A DNA stretch of 64,000 nt, from positions 1 through 64,000 of the forward strand of contig JBIJBE010000009.1 in the NCBI GenBank assembly GCA_044345405.1, in the 5' to 3' direction. The stretch comes from Bdellovibrionota bacterium (GTDB lineage Bacteria; Bdellovibrionota_C; UBA2361; OMII01). Below, in pieces: positions 50,262-59,695 of the stretch (position 1 is the first letter of the stretch; each line of letters starts with the position of its first letter). The position numbers and the translations under genes are program-made. Under the pieces are notes generated by a model. The model ran no database searches. It was not told the origin of the DNA and was given only the letters and a program-made list of their open reading frames with translations.

Positions 50262-50528
50262 TCAAGGGAGAGGTATCCCCTTCTTTTTCTTCGCCTCCAC
50301 ATACGACCGCAGCACCGCGTTCATCAGGGATTGATATCCCTTGCCGGTCGACCGAAACCATTCGAGAACGTCATGGTCGACACGCAACGAAATGGCTTCC
50401 TTAGGAAGAGGAAGTTCCACCCGCGCTCGTCGCCAGAAGGAGGCACCGAGCTCGGGGATATCCTCGTAGCTAATTGATTCGGCGGTAGATGAGGTTTTCT
50501 TTTTAGAGGAACGGCTTGATTTTGGCAT
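50262..50528 (-). CDS. brnA: BrnA antitoxin
   Basis: DIPELGASFW, KEAISLRVDHDVLEWFRSTGKGYQSLMNAVLRSYV. Confidence 0.9.
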   Translation of the reverse strand: MPKSSRSSKKKTSSTAESISYEDIPELGASFWRRARVELPLPKEAISLRVDHDVLEWFRSTGKGYQSLMNAVLRSYVEAKKKKGIPLP

Positions 50529-50786
50529 AGAATGTTTGACGCTCCTTTTTGTTAGCCCGACGAGCGGAGATTATTCGTATCTTTGAGCCCCGGCGAGTGT
50601 GCGCGATGACCAGTACGGTTCCTGAATGGTTTGAACCGATAGGAATCCATCGCTCTTCCCCATACGGAAACGTCGATCCGGAGCGGTCAACGAGACACGT
50701 TCGAAGACCTCGGTTGCCTCCGTGAAGGTCACGCCGTGCTTCTCTTTGTTAATTTCATCTTTAACGAGGTCCCATTCGAACCTCAC
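50503..50786 (-). pseudogene. brnT: Frameshifted BrnT toxin
   Basis: RFEWD..K..INKEKHGVTF.EA in one frame; YGEERWIPIG...IRIISARRANKKER in another; 1-nt shift near 50665-50670. Confidence 0.8.
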
Positions 50787-50942
50787 ACGTAGTCCATACA
50801 CTATGTATATACAGCTGAAAAGGCCTTGGTGCGCATGTCGAACCGGAGGAACCTTACGCCACATGAGGCGCGGTCCGCTGCCGACAGTTGGGACCGATGT
50901 ATCGAGAATATGAGAGAAAGGTTGTGCTCGCGTTATATGAGG

Positions 50943-51520
50943 CGGCGGTCAGGAGCTCACGTAGGTGCGCTACGAGGGACGAGCTGCCCGCCCTCCCGGA
51001 TCACGGGTCAACTCGGGCCGGAACTCGCGCGCGTAATGTTCGTGTGGCTTCCGGCCCGTCAGTAGACGGTTCCTCCGGGGGCGACGCCGCCATCTTTGCA
51101 TCGTGGGGCACGGCGGTCAGGAATGACCGCCCTCCCGATTTACGGGTCAAGACGGGCCTTCATATTTCACCGTCCTCGCATGAGACCGTTCCGGGGGCCC
51201 GTGTCCACACGGGCCGGAAGTCGAACGATAATTTCGGGGCGAGTTCCGGCCCGTCGGGAGACGGGCCCTCCGGGGGAAAACGTCGCCATCTTTGCGTCGT
51301 GGGGCACGGCGGTCAGGAATGACCGCCCTCCGGATTTACGGGTCGAGACGGGCCCTCCGGGGGAAAACGCCGCCATCTTTGCGTCGTGGGGCACGGCGGT
51401 CAGGAATGACCGCCCTCCGGATTTACGGGTCGAGACGGGCCCTCCGGGGGGAGAATGTCACCATTTTCATCTCCCGCAATGCGGCGGTCAGGAATGACCG
51501 CCCTCCGGGATCACGGGTCG
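50943..51520. repeat. BIME-like array of two REP-type hairpins
   Basis: CGGCGGTCAGGAATGACCGCCCTCC at 51111, 51307, 51394 and 51482 (87-88 nt period for the last three), interrupted copy at 50943; GGCCCGTC-N4-GACGGGCCCTCC at 51248 and degenerate at 51053. Confidence 0.9.
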
Positions 51521-51651
51521 TACTATCTGAAATCACCGGACCACTACGAAAAACCCGTAGCCACCAAAACACGCTCGAGGCTACAGGAATCCCCTGCTTT
51601 CCCATAACCATTACTGGGACATGCTCGTATTCGGGCATTGGGGGGGATTAT

Positions 51652-54600
51652 ATGAGTTCAATTTCAACGCACGCGACACCGCGTCCTGAAACCGTATCTA
51701 CTACCGACGTTGTTGAGGTATCGCGCGTTCAGAACGGCGACGACAAGCTCGCGCAGCCATCGGCGTCACGCGCGTCGAGTGCACAGCAGTCAGTAGCTCA
51801 GGAGCTCAGGGTATTTTTAGGTGCTCACTGGGAATCGCAGGCTGTAAAGGAACTCTACGAAGAGCTGAAAGCTGACCGCGTTACACCTGACAACATTCCG
51901 GCGACCTTCCTTGAGTCTCAACGGATCGTGAATCCCCTTTCACCTGAGGGTGTCACGTTCCAGAACTCGATGGAGCAGCTCACCAAACGGCTCCTTCCCG
52001 AGATCGATCAAAAAGCTCATCCAATCACATTCGTTATCGCCGACGCCCAGCAAGAAAACGCCTTCATTATCACAACCCCACAGCAGAGCCTCATTTGCTT
52101 CGACCGCAAACTTCTCGCGACCTTCGACAACCTCGACCAGCTCTCGTGGGTACTCCTCCACGAGCTTACCCATCTTCAATATAAGGACCTGTTTGGAGCG
52201 GTTCCCGCCTCTCAAACTGAGGAGGCAGCATGTGACCTCCGTCCCCTTATGAAGATGCACGACGCGGGACTCAATCCGGCGGAAGCTGAAGCATACGCGA
52301 TAAAGATGGCGAAGACCAAACAGCCGGCGTGGCTCTCAATGGTTGACGCTCACGGACTTCCTCCTTTTCGAGTAGACGCCATTCAGAAAGGACTCGCGGC
52401 GTTGCGACATTCTCGGGGTAAGCTTAAAGAGGGCACGGAGCCTCTTCCCGATCCCCTCCAAGTGGATGGCGGGTTACGGGGAGCTCGACACGAGTCATTT
52501 GTCGACCTGAAACTAAAAGCGACCCAGTATGCCGAGGGAACAACCCTTGAAAAGGTGAGGATACTTCACTCCATGCTTCCAGACCTGGAAGCGAGGTTTC
52601 ACCATCGCGCGGACGATATGGCAAAGCGGGTTCGAAAGCTCATCGTAGCCGAATCTGACAAAGAGACACGAGTGGTACTCGCTCAGCTGATGGACTCACT
52701 CCTCGACAATCCACCCGCATTTAACGCGCTTCACGTTCATCTTCGCTCCGCTCTGGACGGTGCGCATCCGAAAAAGATCCGCTACTACGCCCCTCGACTT
52801 CTGCAGGTAGCCAAAGCGGCGAAAGCTTTTATCGAAGCCGACGATGACACGACGGCACAGGAGAAGGCGGCGGCCGCTAGCCATCTCATCAAGACACTCG
52901 AAGACCTCCCCGCTTGGCAATCAATTAATTGGGGCACCGTGGATCTGCCACACTTTGCACTCCCCGATGAACGTGAGTATAAGCGAGCGATCAAGGAGGC
53001 GAAATCCTCAGGGGATGACGTCGTATTTCCATGGCACGAACTCGCCGAGGCCGCGAGCAGCGAGAATCAGATAGGGCGCGCGTTGCTCTGCCTTGGTACG
53101 TGGGATGACCGAATTCCTCTCAACGCCGGAAACGAGGACCTTACCTGGATGGATGCGCATTTGCGGCTTGCCAAGCAAAGCTCGGGCCATTCCCATCACT
53201 CGTATGAGTCAACTATTTCGACACCGCGAACGGACGAGGGAGAGAACTCCCGCTTTCAGCTAATAACGAATGGTGGTGGACTCATCAAAAAAGTAGACCC
53301 GCTGGCTACAGACCGAGACACCGTAAAACGGGATGTCGCGAACAGAATTACGGTCGAGCTCGAGCGAGCGAGACTTGAGGCGGAAACAAGTGTCGCTATC
53401 GCAACCGTCCCCTCTGAAGAATTACCGAGTTCAAGCCGGGAGCGGACCCTTTCATTCCTGAGCCTCCCGTATAGTGAATTCATGAAGGACCCGTACGCGC
53501 ACCTGCGGGTGAACGAGGTGTTGCTGTGTCCCCCATCGTACATTTCACCGAGCGGCTCCGCTGGACGATTACGGTCGCAGCTGCGGGACCTCATGGCACT
53601 TACGACAAACTCAGCGCGCTCACTTCTGCGCTACTTCGACGGCATGCTTGACGTTACCTCCGAACCCGAGCGGACGACGTATCGCGAGTTCGTGCGGGAC
53701 TTTTTCCTAAACGAGACGACTCCCTTTAACTTTCAAACCGTAGTGGAACGACAGTTTGAGGATAATAGCTACTCCAACATCTTCCAATATGTGCGATGGG
53801 CCGGTAACGATACGCACCAACTCTTTAGCCTTCAAGAAAAAGGACTCATCTTTTCCGAATATCACGAGGGGGGGGCCCTCACGCTGGGCCGCAACGCCGC
53901 TGGGATGCGCAAACCTGAGACGGTCGACGAGCTCCGCCATGCGCTCGACACCTATCTTGAGATGACGGGCTTGCATGACCACACGGAAAACTCCAAAGTC
54001 GATCTCTCTTTATTTACAAGTGAAGTTATCTCGGCTGAGGTTGCTGAGTTTCTCCGTGACCATCGAGACGCGGAGGGACTCCATCGACTTCTGAGCTCGC
54101 ATGGCCACTGGCTCCGCGACGTCTATCGGGAGGCCTCCTTTGACCAGATATTCGTCGAGTACTTCAAGCATGAAAAATCGTGGCCAACCGACGCGATGAC
54201 ACTTGGAGCGATATATCGCGCAATCGAGGGACTTGGCATCTTCCCCAACGAGTTATGGCGAGCCTCATTCGCGGTTCGGGTATTGGAGAGCGTAGACGCC
54301 ACAACCGATCTCCAAACACGAGTCGATGCCCTTGAGAATCTCCTCTTAGGAACGCCACCAAAAGATGTGGACATCCGCGAAGGGGCGATCGCCCGGTGGG
54401 TCACCTCGATGGCGACGATGTACGGCGATGACCACACAGCTTCATGGAACTCCTCGGACTGTCCATATCTCGCGACGATTCAACCGGTCTTGGACCGAGT
54501 TGCAGGGGAGGCGCATTCATCCATACGGGGAGAGATGCTCGACGCCTTGGGCAATCGGATACTGGCGCAACGCCAGGTGAGTCACGCGATTGAGCGGGCG

Positions 54601-56604
54601 ATCCTTGGACCGATCGACAATGCCGCCACACAAAGCACGGGAGCCGCGTACGGAGGGCTTCAAGCGGGCTTTATGATTATTGGCGAAGCGAAGGAGAACC
54701 GCTTTAAAACGATTCATTTCCTTACGCGCCCCTTGACGGACAAACGTATCAAGGCGTTCTCAAAATTGGTTATCAACGAGGGGATGGCAACCTCACAGAT
54801 GCTCGATGCTGATGACCTGTCAGGTATCGACTCCCCTCGAAACCGACGTCGTATACAGCTCGAATGCAAGCGTATTCATGAGAACTTCTGGCGGGCTCCG
54901 ATAGGGTATCGCGCGGCTTTTCTGGAAGAGCTCATGATGCCCGCCGCGGCGCGTTTACGGGACCTTCAAGCTGGAACTCAGAAAACCTTCACCAACGCCT
55001 GCGATTTCGTTATATCCGAGCTTCTTCCACTTAAGGACAGGCACGACCGGCCGATCAAATACGCGCCCGAGGCCCAACGGATCTTGAGGGCGTTTCTTGC
55101 CGATGGGGTCCTTGACCACCGACAGCAGCCGATCTTTCTCTCAGCGTTGATGGCCGCCGCGCAACGTTCCAACGAGGAGCGAGGTCGCTTAAGCGTCGGG
55201 CAGATCCTCGCCTCTATCTTCGACAACATGGGTCCAGCATGGCGTAAATTTGGACAGGCGATCGCCAATCACCCAAGCACTCCCCTCGATATCGCTCGCG
55301 ATATGGAGCCACTCAAAGGGAAGCAATCTGTTACTCGCGCTCAAGCGTGGGCACTCTACGAACATACGGTGCCGGAAGATATCCGTATACAGAACCCACG
55401 ACTTGGACCGGTGCTTGAATCCGCGTCCTTCTTCACCGCTGTTGATGCCGGGAACGAGGTGTTTACGTTCCTGACGCCGAAAGCTCTCGTACGAGCGGAG
55501 GATGGATTCTCCATTATGGAGAGCTTTGTCGCGGAGCTTCGGAAAGCGGAGGATTCGCTCTCACAGGTCGCACCCGCGGTCGCGGAGATGGTGTCCAGCG
55601 CGCGAACGAGCGCTATCCTGGAGACGAATGGACGGGTTGGTGCCGCTCAGGCTGATGCGATGCGAGCCCGCTATAATGAACTCACCGTTACGATCGGGAA
55701 TATGAAGTTCCCCTTCTCTACCGCCGCGTGGAGTGATCACGGTCCGGAGTTTCGTCGCATGCAGAAGATGAAAGGTCCGACCTTTAACGACGTTCCATCC
55801 ACAACACCAGAGGAGATCGAGCATAAACGGCACGTCGCGAAAACTATCGTGTACGTTGAGCTGCGAAATATCCTCTCTGGAAACGCGTTCTGCGTCGACC
55901 GACACGGTCGTAACATTCGGGTCGATGGAAACTCGGTTGGACATTTTGACCACGGAGCGGTTCACGCCGTTGTGCGGGATAAGAAGGGCAAGGAGGTACA
56001 CCCACTTGAGGCGGAGCCAGCCCTCGTTGGCGGTGGAACGGTTGAGATTCCGGGTGCGAGCGGGACGGAGAAGCTGCAACTCGCGGAGGCGTTGTACAGC
56101 GCGTACACGCAGCTTAATGGCGGGCAGCCCCTCGCTGTTGTTATGCACAACGAGATTGAGAAGGCTCGCGCCGCTACCGGCGCGACGCCCGAGTACCTTA
56201 TCCGGGTGGAGCGAGCGTTGTTGGCACTCAACGATTGTTTCAAGTGTCTCAACGGGCAGGACATGAAGGATATACTCGGAAGCCTCTACCTGAACGGGGA
56301 TATCGACAAAACCATAACGACAACCCTAGAGAGCAAGATTAAGAGCGAGAAGATCGGCGGCTTCGCTGGACTCTTCGTAAACGCGTCTAAGGTTATTCGC
56401 GGTGAGATCGAGAAGTCGGTCGTTGAGCGAATGACGGTTTCTCAGGGCTCTCAGAACCAGGGAGCTCGCTCTCAGTGGCACGACAACGCGATGAATCGTC
56501 AGGACGTGCCGTCGTTGCTTACGACGAGGGATTTCCGGCAGAAGAAGAAGGAAGAATCTGGCAGGGCGCGGAAGCGGAGCTTGACGGTGCCTACGTTGGA
56601 GTAA
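51652..56604 (+). CDS. 1650-aa protein: N-terminal M48-like zinc peptidase, long helical middle, C-terminal ABC1/UbiB-like atypical kinase
   Basis: ENAF...VLLHELTH...EEAACD; MGPAWRKFGQ, SAS, DRHGRN, FDHG; ATG at 51652 chosen because the upstream ORF extension runs through REP repeats. Confidence 0.75.
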   Translation: MSSISTHATPRPETVSTTDVVEVSRVQNGDDKLAQPSASRASSAQQSVAQELRVFLGAHWESQAVKELYEELKADRVTPDNIPATFLESQRIVNPLSPEGVTFQNSMEQLTKRLLPEIDQKAHPITFVIADAQQENAFIITTPQQSLICFDRKLLATFDNLDQLSWVLLHELTHLQYKDLFGAVPASQTEEAACDLRPLMKMHDAGLNPAEAEAYAIKMAKTKQPAWLSMVDAHGLPPFRVDAIQKGLAALRHSRGKLKEGTEPLPDPLQVDGGLRGARHESFVDLKLKATQYAEGTTLEKVRILHSMLPDLEARFHHRADDMAKRVRKLIVAESDKETRVVLAQLMDSLLDNPPAFNALHVHLRSALDGAHPKKIRYYAPRLLQVAKAAKAFIEADDDTTAQEKAAAASHLIKTLEDLPAWQSINWGTVDLPHFALPDEREYKRAIKEAKSSGDDVVFPWHELAEAASSENQIGRALLCLGTWDDRIPLNAGNEDLTWMDAHLRLAKQSSGHSHHSYESTISTPRTDEGENSRFQLITNGGGLIKKVDPLATDRDTVKRDVANRITVELERARLEAETSVAIATVPSEELPSSSRERTLSFLSLPYSEFMKDPYAHLRVNEVLLCPPSYISPSGSAGRLRSQLRDLMALTTNSARSLLRYFDGMLDVTSEPERTTYREFVRDFFLNETTPFNFQTVVERQFEDNSYSNIFQYVRWAGNDTHQLFSLQEKGLIFSEYHEGGALTLGRNAAGMRKPETVDELRHALDTYLEMTGLHDHTENSKVDLSLFTSEVISAEVAEFLRDHRDAEGLHRLLSSHGHWLRDVYREASFDQIFVEYFKHEKSWPTDAMTLGAIYRAIEGLGIFPNELWRASFAVRVLESVDATTDLQTRVDALENLLLGTPPKDVDIREGAIARWVTSMATMYGDDHTASWNSSDCPYLATIQPVLDRVAGEAHSSIRGEMLDALGNRILAQRQVSHAIERAILGPIDNAATQSTGAAYGGLQAGFMIIGEAKENRFKTIHFLTRPLTDKRIKAFSKLVINEGMATSQMLDADDLSGIDSPRNRRRIQLECKRIHENFWRAPIGYRAAFLEELMMPAAARLRDLQAGTQKTFTNACDFVISELLPLKDRHDRPIKYAPEAQRILRAFLADGVLDHRQQPIFLSALMAAAQRSNEERGRLSVGQILASIFDNMGPAWRKFGQAIANHPSTPLDIARDMEPLKGKQSVTRAQAWALYEHTVPEDIRIQNPRLGPVLESASFFTAVDAGNEVFTFLTPKALVRAEDGFSIMESFVAELRKAEDSLSQVAPAVAEMVSSARTSAILETNGRVGAAQADAMRARYNELTVTIGNMKFPFSTAAWSDHGPEFRRMQKMKGPTFNDVPSTTPEEIEHKRHVAKTIVYVELRNILSGNAFCVDRHGRNIRVDGNSVGHFDHGAVHAVVRDKKGKEVHPLEAEPALVGGGTVEIPGASGTEKLQLAEALYSAYTQLNGGQPLAVVMHNEIEKARAATGATPEYLIRVERALLALNDCFKCLNGQDMKDILGSLYLNGDIDKTITTTLESKIKSEKIGGFAGLFVNASKVIRGEIEKSVVERMTVSQGSQNQGARSQWHDNAMNRQDVPSLLTTRDFRQKKKEESGRARKRSLTVPTLE

Positions 56605-56747
56605 TCCGGAACTCACGCACGTCATTTTCGTACGGCTTCCGGCCCGTCGGGAGACGGGCCCTCCCCACCAGCATCAGTGCGTCACGCAACACGGCGGTCA
56701 GGAATGACCGCCCTCCCGCACCATGGGTCGATACGGGCCCTCCGGGG
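56605..56747. repeat. BIME-like REP unit
   Basis: Type-2 hairpin at 56641-56664 and type-1 at 56692-56716; leading segment resembles 51018-51068. Confidence 0.85.
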
Positions 56748-56861
56748 TGCAAACGCCAACATCTTGCCCTCACAACTTTTCACCCCCACCTCCGAAATGT
56801 AGCTACCGACACCCATGCTCTGCAGCTTACTCAAATTTTCTTGCCTCTATTATTATCATAT

Positions 56862-57209
56862 ATGATACTTATTAAATATCAGATCCTTGAATACGTATCA
56901 TCGCGGGGAACAAATCCATTTCGAGACTGGCTTGAAACCCTTCCTCGAATGATAGCGGCAAGGGTCCAAGCACGGTTATATGCGGCAGAGCTTGGCAATT
57001 TGGGAGACTATAAGGGAGTTGGGGATGGGTTGTTTGAGCTACGCCTCCATATAGGCCCGGGCTATCGCATCTACTTTGGTAGGGAGTCCCGAACCGTTCT
57101 CATCCTACTTGGAGGAGGAACTAAGGGCACCCAGACACGAGATATCGCAAGGGCTCGGCGGAACTTTACAATGTATCGAGGAACCAACCATGTCACGACG
57201 AAGCGCTGA
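56862..57209 (+). CDS. RelE/ParE family addiction-module killer toxin
   Basis: GTNPFRDWL, LGNLGDYKGVGDGLFELRLHIGPGYRIYFG, LLGGGTKGTQ.RDI; palindrome ATCATATATGAT at 56855-56866 overlaps the start. Confidence 0.88.
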   Translation: MILIKYQILEYVSSRGTNPFRDWLETLPRMIAARVQARLYAAELGNLGDYKGVGDGLFELRLHIGPGYRIYFGRESRTVLILLGGGTKGTQTRDIARARRNFTMYRGTNHVTTKR

Positions 57210-57501
57210 TTGGAACGCAGGTTTGGCTCAGGACCTCCGAGAGAAGGGCTTTGCGCAGGAATTTATTCAAGGCTGCCTTGAAGAAGGTCTTTCTCTACAG
57301 GAAGCGCTCGCGAAGGTCGTGCGCGCATATGGCGTGAAGGAATTCGCTATTCGAGCCAAGCTACCGAGCTCAAACGTACTGCGAGCGATTAGCCCAGGAC
57401 ACAATCCTACCAGTGAAACGTTGAACGCGATCCTAAAGCCATTTGATTTGTGCCTGTCGGTGGCACCTCGGCGGAAGGTGCGGGGAGCGGGGTCGCGGTA
57501 A
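57190..57501 (+). CDS. Addiction-module antidote (HTH antitoxin)
   Basis: ALAKVVRAYGVKEFA...NVLRAIS..HNPT.ETL..IL; overlaps the toxin stop. Confidence 0.8.
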   Translation: MSRRSADWNAGLAQDLREKGFAQEFIQGCLEEGLSLQEALAKVVRAYGVKEFAIRAKLPSSNVLRAISPGHNPTSETLNAILKPFDLCLSVAPRRKVRGAGSR

Positions 57502-57519
57502 TAACCCCATGCGAGGGAT

Positions 57520-57782
57520 CCGGAGGACCCGTCTCCTGGTGCCCTGTAGCTCTAGCGAAGGGGGGCTGACGGATCCTCCGGGGTACAAATGCCAACATCG
57601 GTGCGTCACGCAACACGGCGGTCAGGAATGACCGCCCTCCCTTATCACGGGCCGGCACAACGGGAGGGCGACCGTTTCCCCGCCGCGAAAGCTTTGGGGA
57701 ACAGGTCGCGGTCGCCGAAAAATCACGCATCGCTACAATATTTCGCTTCACGCAACACGGCGGTCAGGAATGACCGCCCTCC
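57520..57782. repeat. REP cluster
   Basis: Type-1 copies at 57616-57640 and 57758-57782; type-2-like hairpin at 57520-57581 with 30-nt loop insert. Confidence 0.85.
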
Positions 57783-57870
57783 GGGGTCATGGGGCGCAAT
57801 ATCGACATGGGGAATAAAAAAAGGGGGCCAAATATCAAAGATATTCGCCCCCCGTGTTGTTCGATGTTCT

Positions 57871-59055
57871 TTAACCTTTCGCGCGTAACTTACTCGGAGT
57901 CGTAACCCAGAGTACGGTAGCGCCCATAATGAGCAATACCAAGTTAACGCTAAACATCGTCGTGCGTCCGAGATGATCGATTCCGAGCCACCACGGCACC
58001 ATTACGGCGACGTAGAGAAATACTCGAAGCGCGTTGCGTACGGAGAGAGCCGTCACTCGCACCGCCTCCGGGATCGCTTCATTAATAGTGCTACTAAAGA
58101 GCGCTCCCGATATCGATCGAACCATCTGCTGCGGCAAGATAAGAAGCCACGCAAGGCCTCCCACCATTGTGACCAGTCCGACAGTCGAACCGGCTAAAGC
58201 GCAAGTCAGTATGAAAAAAATTCGCACTGACCTCCGTGTGTCGGTTACCTTTCGAATGGTGAGCGCCGTAGCGCCGGCCACCAGATTAAATAACGCGAAC
58301 ACGTAGCCCGACTCTCCCCGACCAATGCCGCACTCAGCCAAGTACTCTGGATACATCCAGAGGAACGTTTGGTTGAGCCCCGCTACGAATCCCGGCGCGA
58401 TCGCCATCCAACGGATATGCGACGAACTGAGAACGATAGCGGCGACAGCCTCTCGCAGTGTTCCATTCGTGGTTACCGGACCTTTCGGAGGGGTAACCAG
58501 AGCGAAACACAGCACGAGCCCCAAAACCTCAATACCAGCGCAAAACAGGTAAGGAGCCCCGAGGTCGAACTCGCTCAGATGAGCGCCAACGACCGCGAAG
58601 AGCGCAGCCGCGACAAACGTAGCGCCGATACCGAAGGTCCACCATCTCTGGTGCACCTCTTTGTCGCAACCAAGCGCCGCGTTACTCCGGAACATCAGAG
58701 ATTCATCCGTTCCGGAGATAAGCGCGATTCCTAGCGCGGCCAACACTTCGCCGGCAAGGAAGCCACCGAATCCGGTCGCCTCCGCGTACGTCAACGATCC
58801 GAGCGTAAGAGCGATGAAGCCTAACTTCATCGTCGTAACCTCTCCGAAGCGATCCGCGAATCGCCCCGTTGCGACCTCAAGGACAAGGAGCGCGATAGCG
58901 AAGAGGATCTCTAAGAGATAGAAATCACCCGTGCTAAGCCCCCTGTCGTGCCAGAGTGCCGTAATACCTGGGGTACCCGCCGCAAACCCGACGCTGAAGC
59001 ATCGAGCCGCGACGATAAGCCCCCTATTCATGGATAACCGATTGTTTGTAGTCAT
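57871..59055 (-). CDS. MFS transporter
   Basis: LEVATGRFADRFG motif A, ISGTDESL, about 12 hydrophobic segments. Confidence 0.85.
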   Translation of the reverse strand: MTTNNRLSMNRGLIVAARCFSVGFAAGTPGITALWHDRGLSTGDFYLLEILFAIALLVLEVATGRFADRFGEVTTMKLGFIALTLGSLTYAEATGFGGFLAGEVLAALGIALISGTDESLMFRSNAALGCDKEVHQRWWTFGIGATFVAAALFAVVGAHLSEFDLGAPYLFCAGIEVLGLVLCFALVTPPKGPVTTNGTLREAVAAIVLSSSHIRWMAIAPGFVAGLNQTFLWMYPEYLAECGIGRGESGYVFALFNLVAGATALTIRKVTDTRRSVRIFFILTCALAGSTVGLVTMVGGLAWLLILPQQMVRSISGALFSSTINEAIPEAVRVTALSVRNALRVFLYVAVMVPWWLGIDHLGRTTMFSVNLVLLIMGATVLWVTTPSKLRAKG

Positions 59056-59639
59056 AGCTGTGAGCCTTTCTGTTGTTTCATGTGTGAACCTTTAGAACCT
59101 GCGGAACATCACCCGCCGACGGCGCGGCGGGGCCCTTGCGCTCTCATCGAGCGAAGCGACAAAGGAGCTGTGAGCGCGCGAAGACAGCGCTAGCTGAAAG
59201 CTCTGGAGGGTAATGATTGGTGGGGATTACAGGGAGAGGAGAGCGAGCGAGGAGTGTGCTACACCCTCGGCGAGCGAGTTACCGATTGATTATACTTCTA
59301 CCCTTATGAACGTGTGTGGTGTGCGTGGTTTGAGCCGCTTGGCGACCACTGGCATAGAGATGGGAGTGAACCCATACCCACATGATTTCGCGGCCCGACC
59401 ACATGAGTCGGTGGTGGCTCCAATCTGGAGATCCCACGTTCCAAGGATGTGCTGATCACGAAATAGACAGTTCATAAAAGCTCTCGAATAACTCAGCCGA
59501 AAATCAGATGATTAACGACGTTGAAAACCAATGATACCACGAATAAAGCTGGTAGGGTAAAAAATCTTTAGGATGTGTGACGGATCTGAATCCTTCGCGG
59601 TGTTTGAGAGAAAAACCACCCACTCAATCGACGCTTCAC

Positions 59640-59677
59640 AAAAAAAAACGGCTGAGTGAGAGATACTCACTCAGCCG
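59640..59677 (-). terminator. Rho-independent terminator
   Basis: CGGCTGAGTGAG/CTCACTCAGCCG 12-bp stem followed by a U-run on the minus strand, downstream of the collagen-like gene. Confidence 0.85.
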
Positions 59678-59695
59678 CTCCTGATTGCACGTGTT

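Noticed and set aside
51111-51506. CRISPR-like appearance of the 25-nt palindromic repeat
   Set aside because: Intervening sequences are near-identical to one another rather than unique spacers, copies are dispersed elsewhere, and no cas genes are present
51292-51651. N-terminal 120 aa of the 1770-aa ORF call, and overlapping short ORFs at 50826-51497
   Set aside because: They translate the REP tandem array; the ATG at 51652 is the more plausible start
56475-56861. Upstream extension of the killer toxin ORF
   Set aside because: Runs through the end of the giant gene and a REP unit; toxin homology starts at 56862
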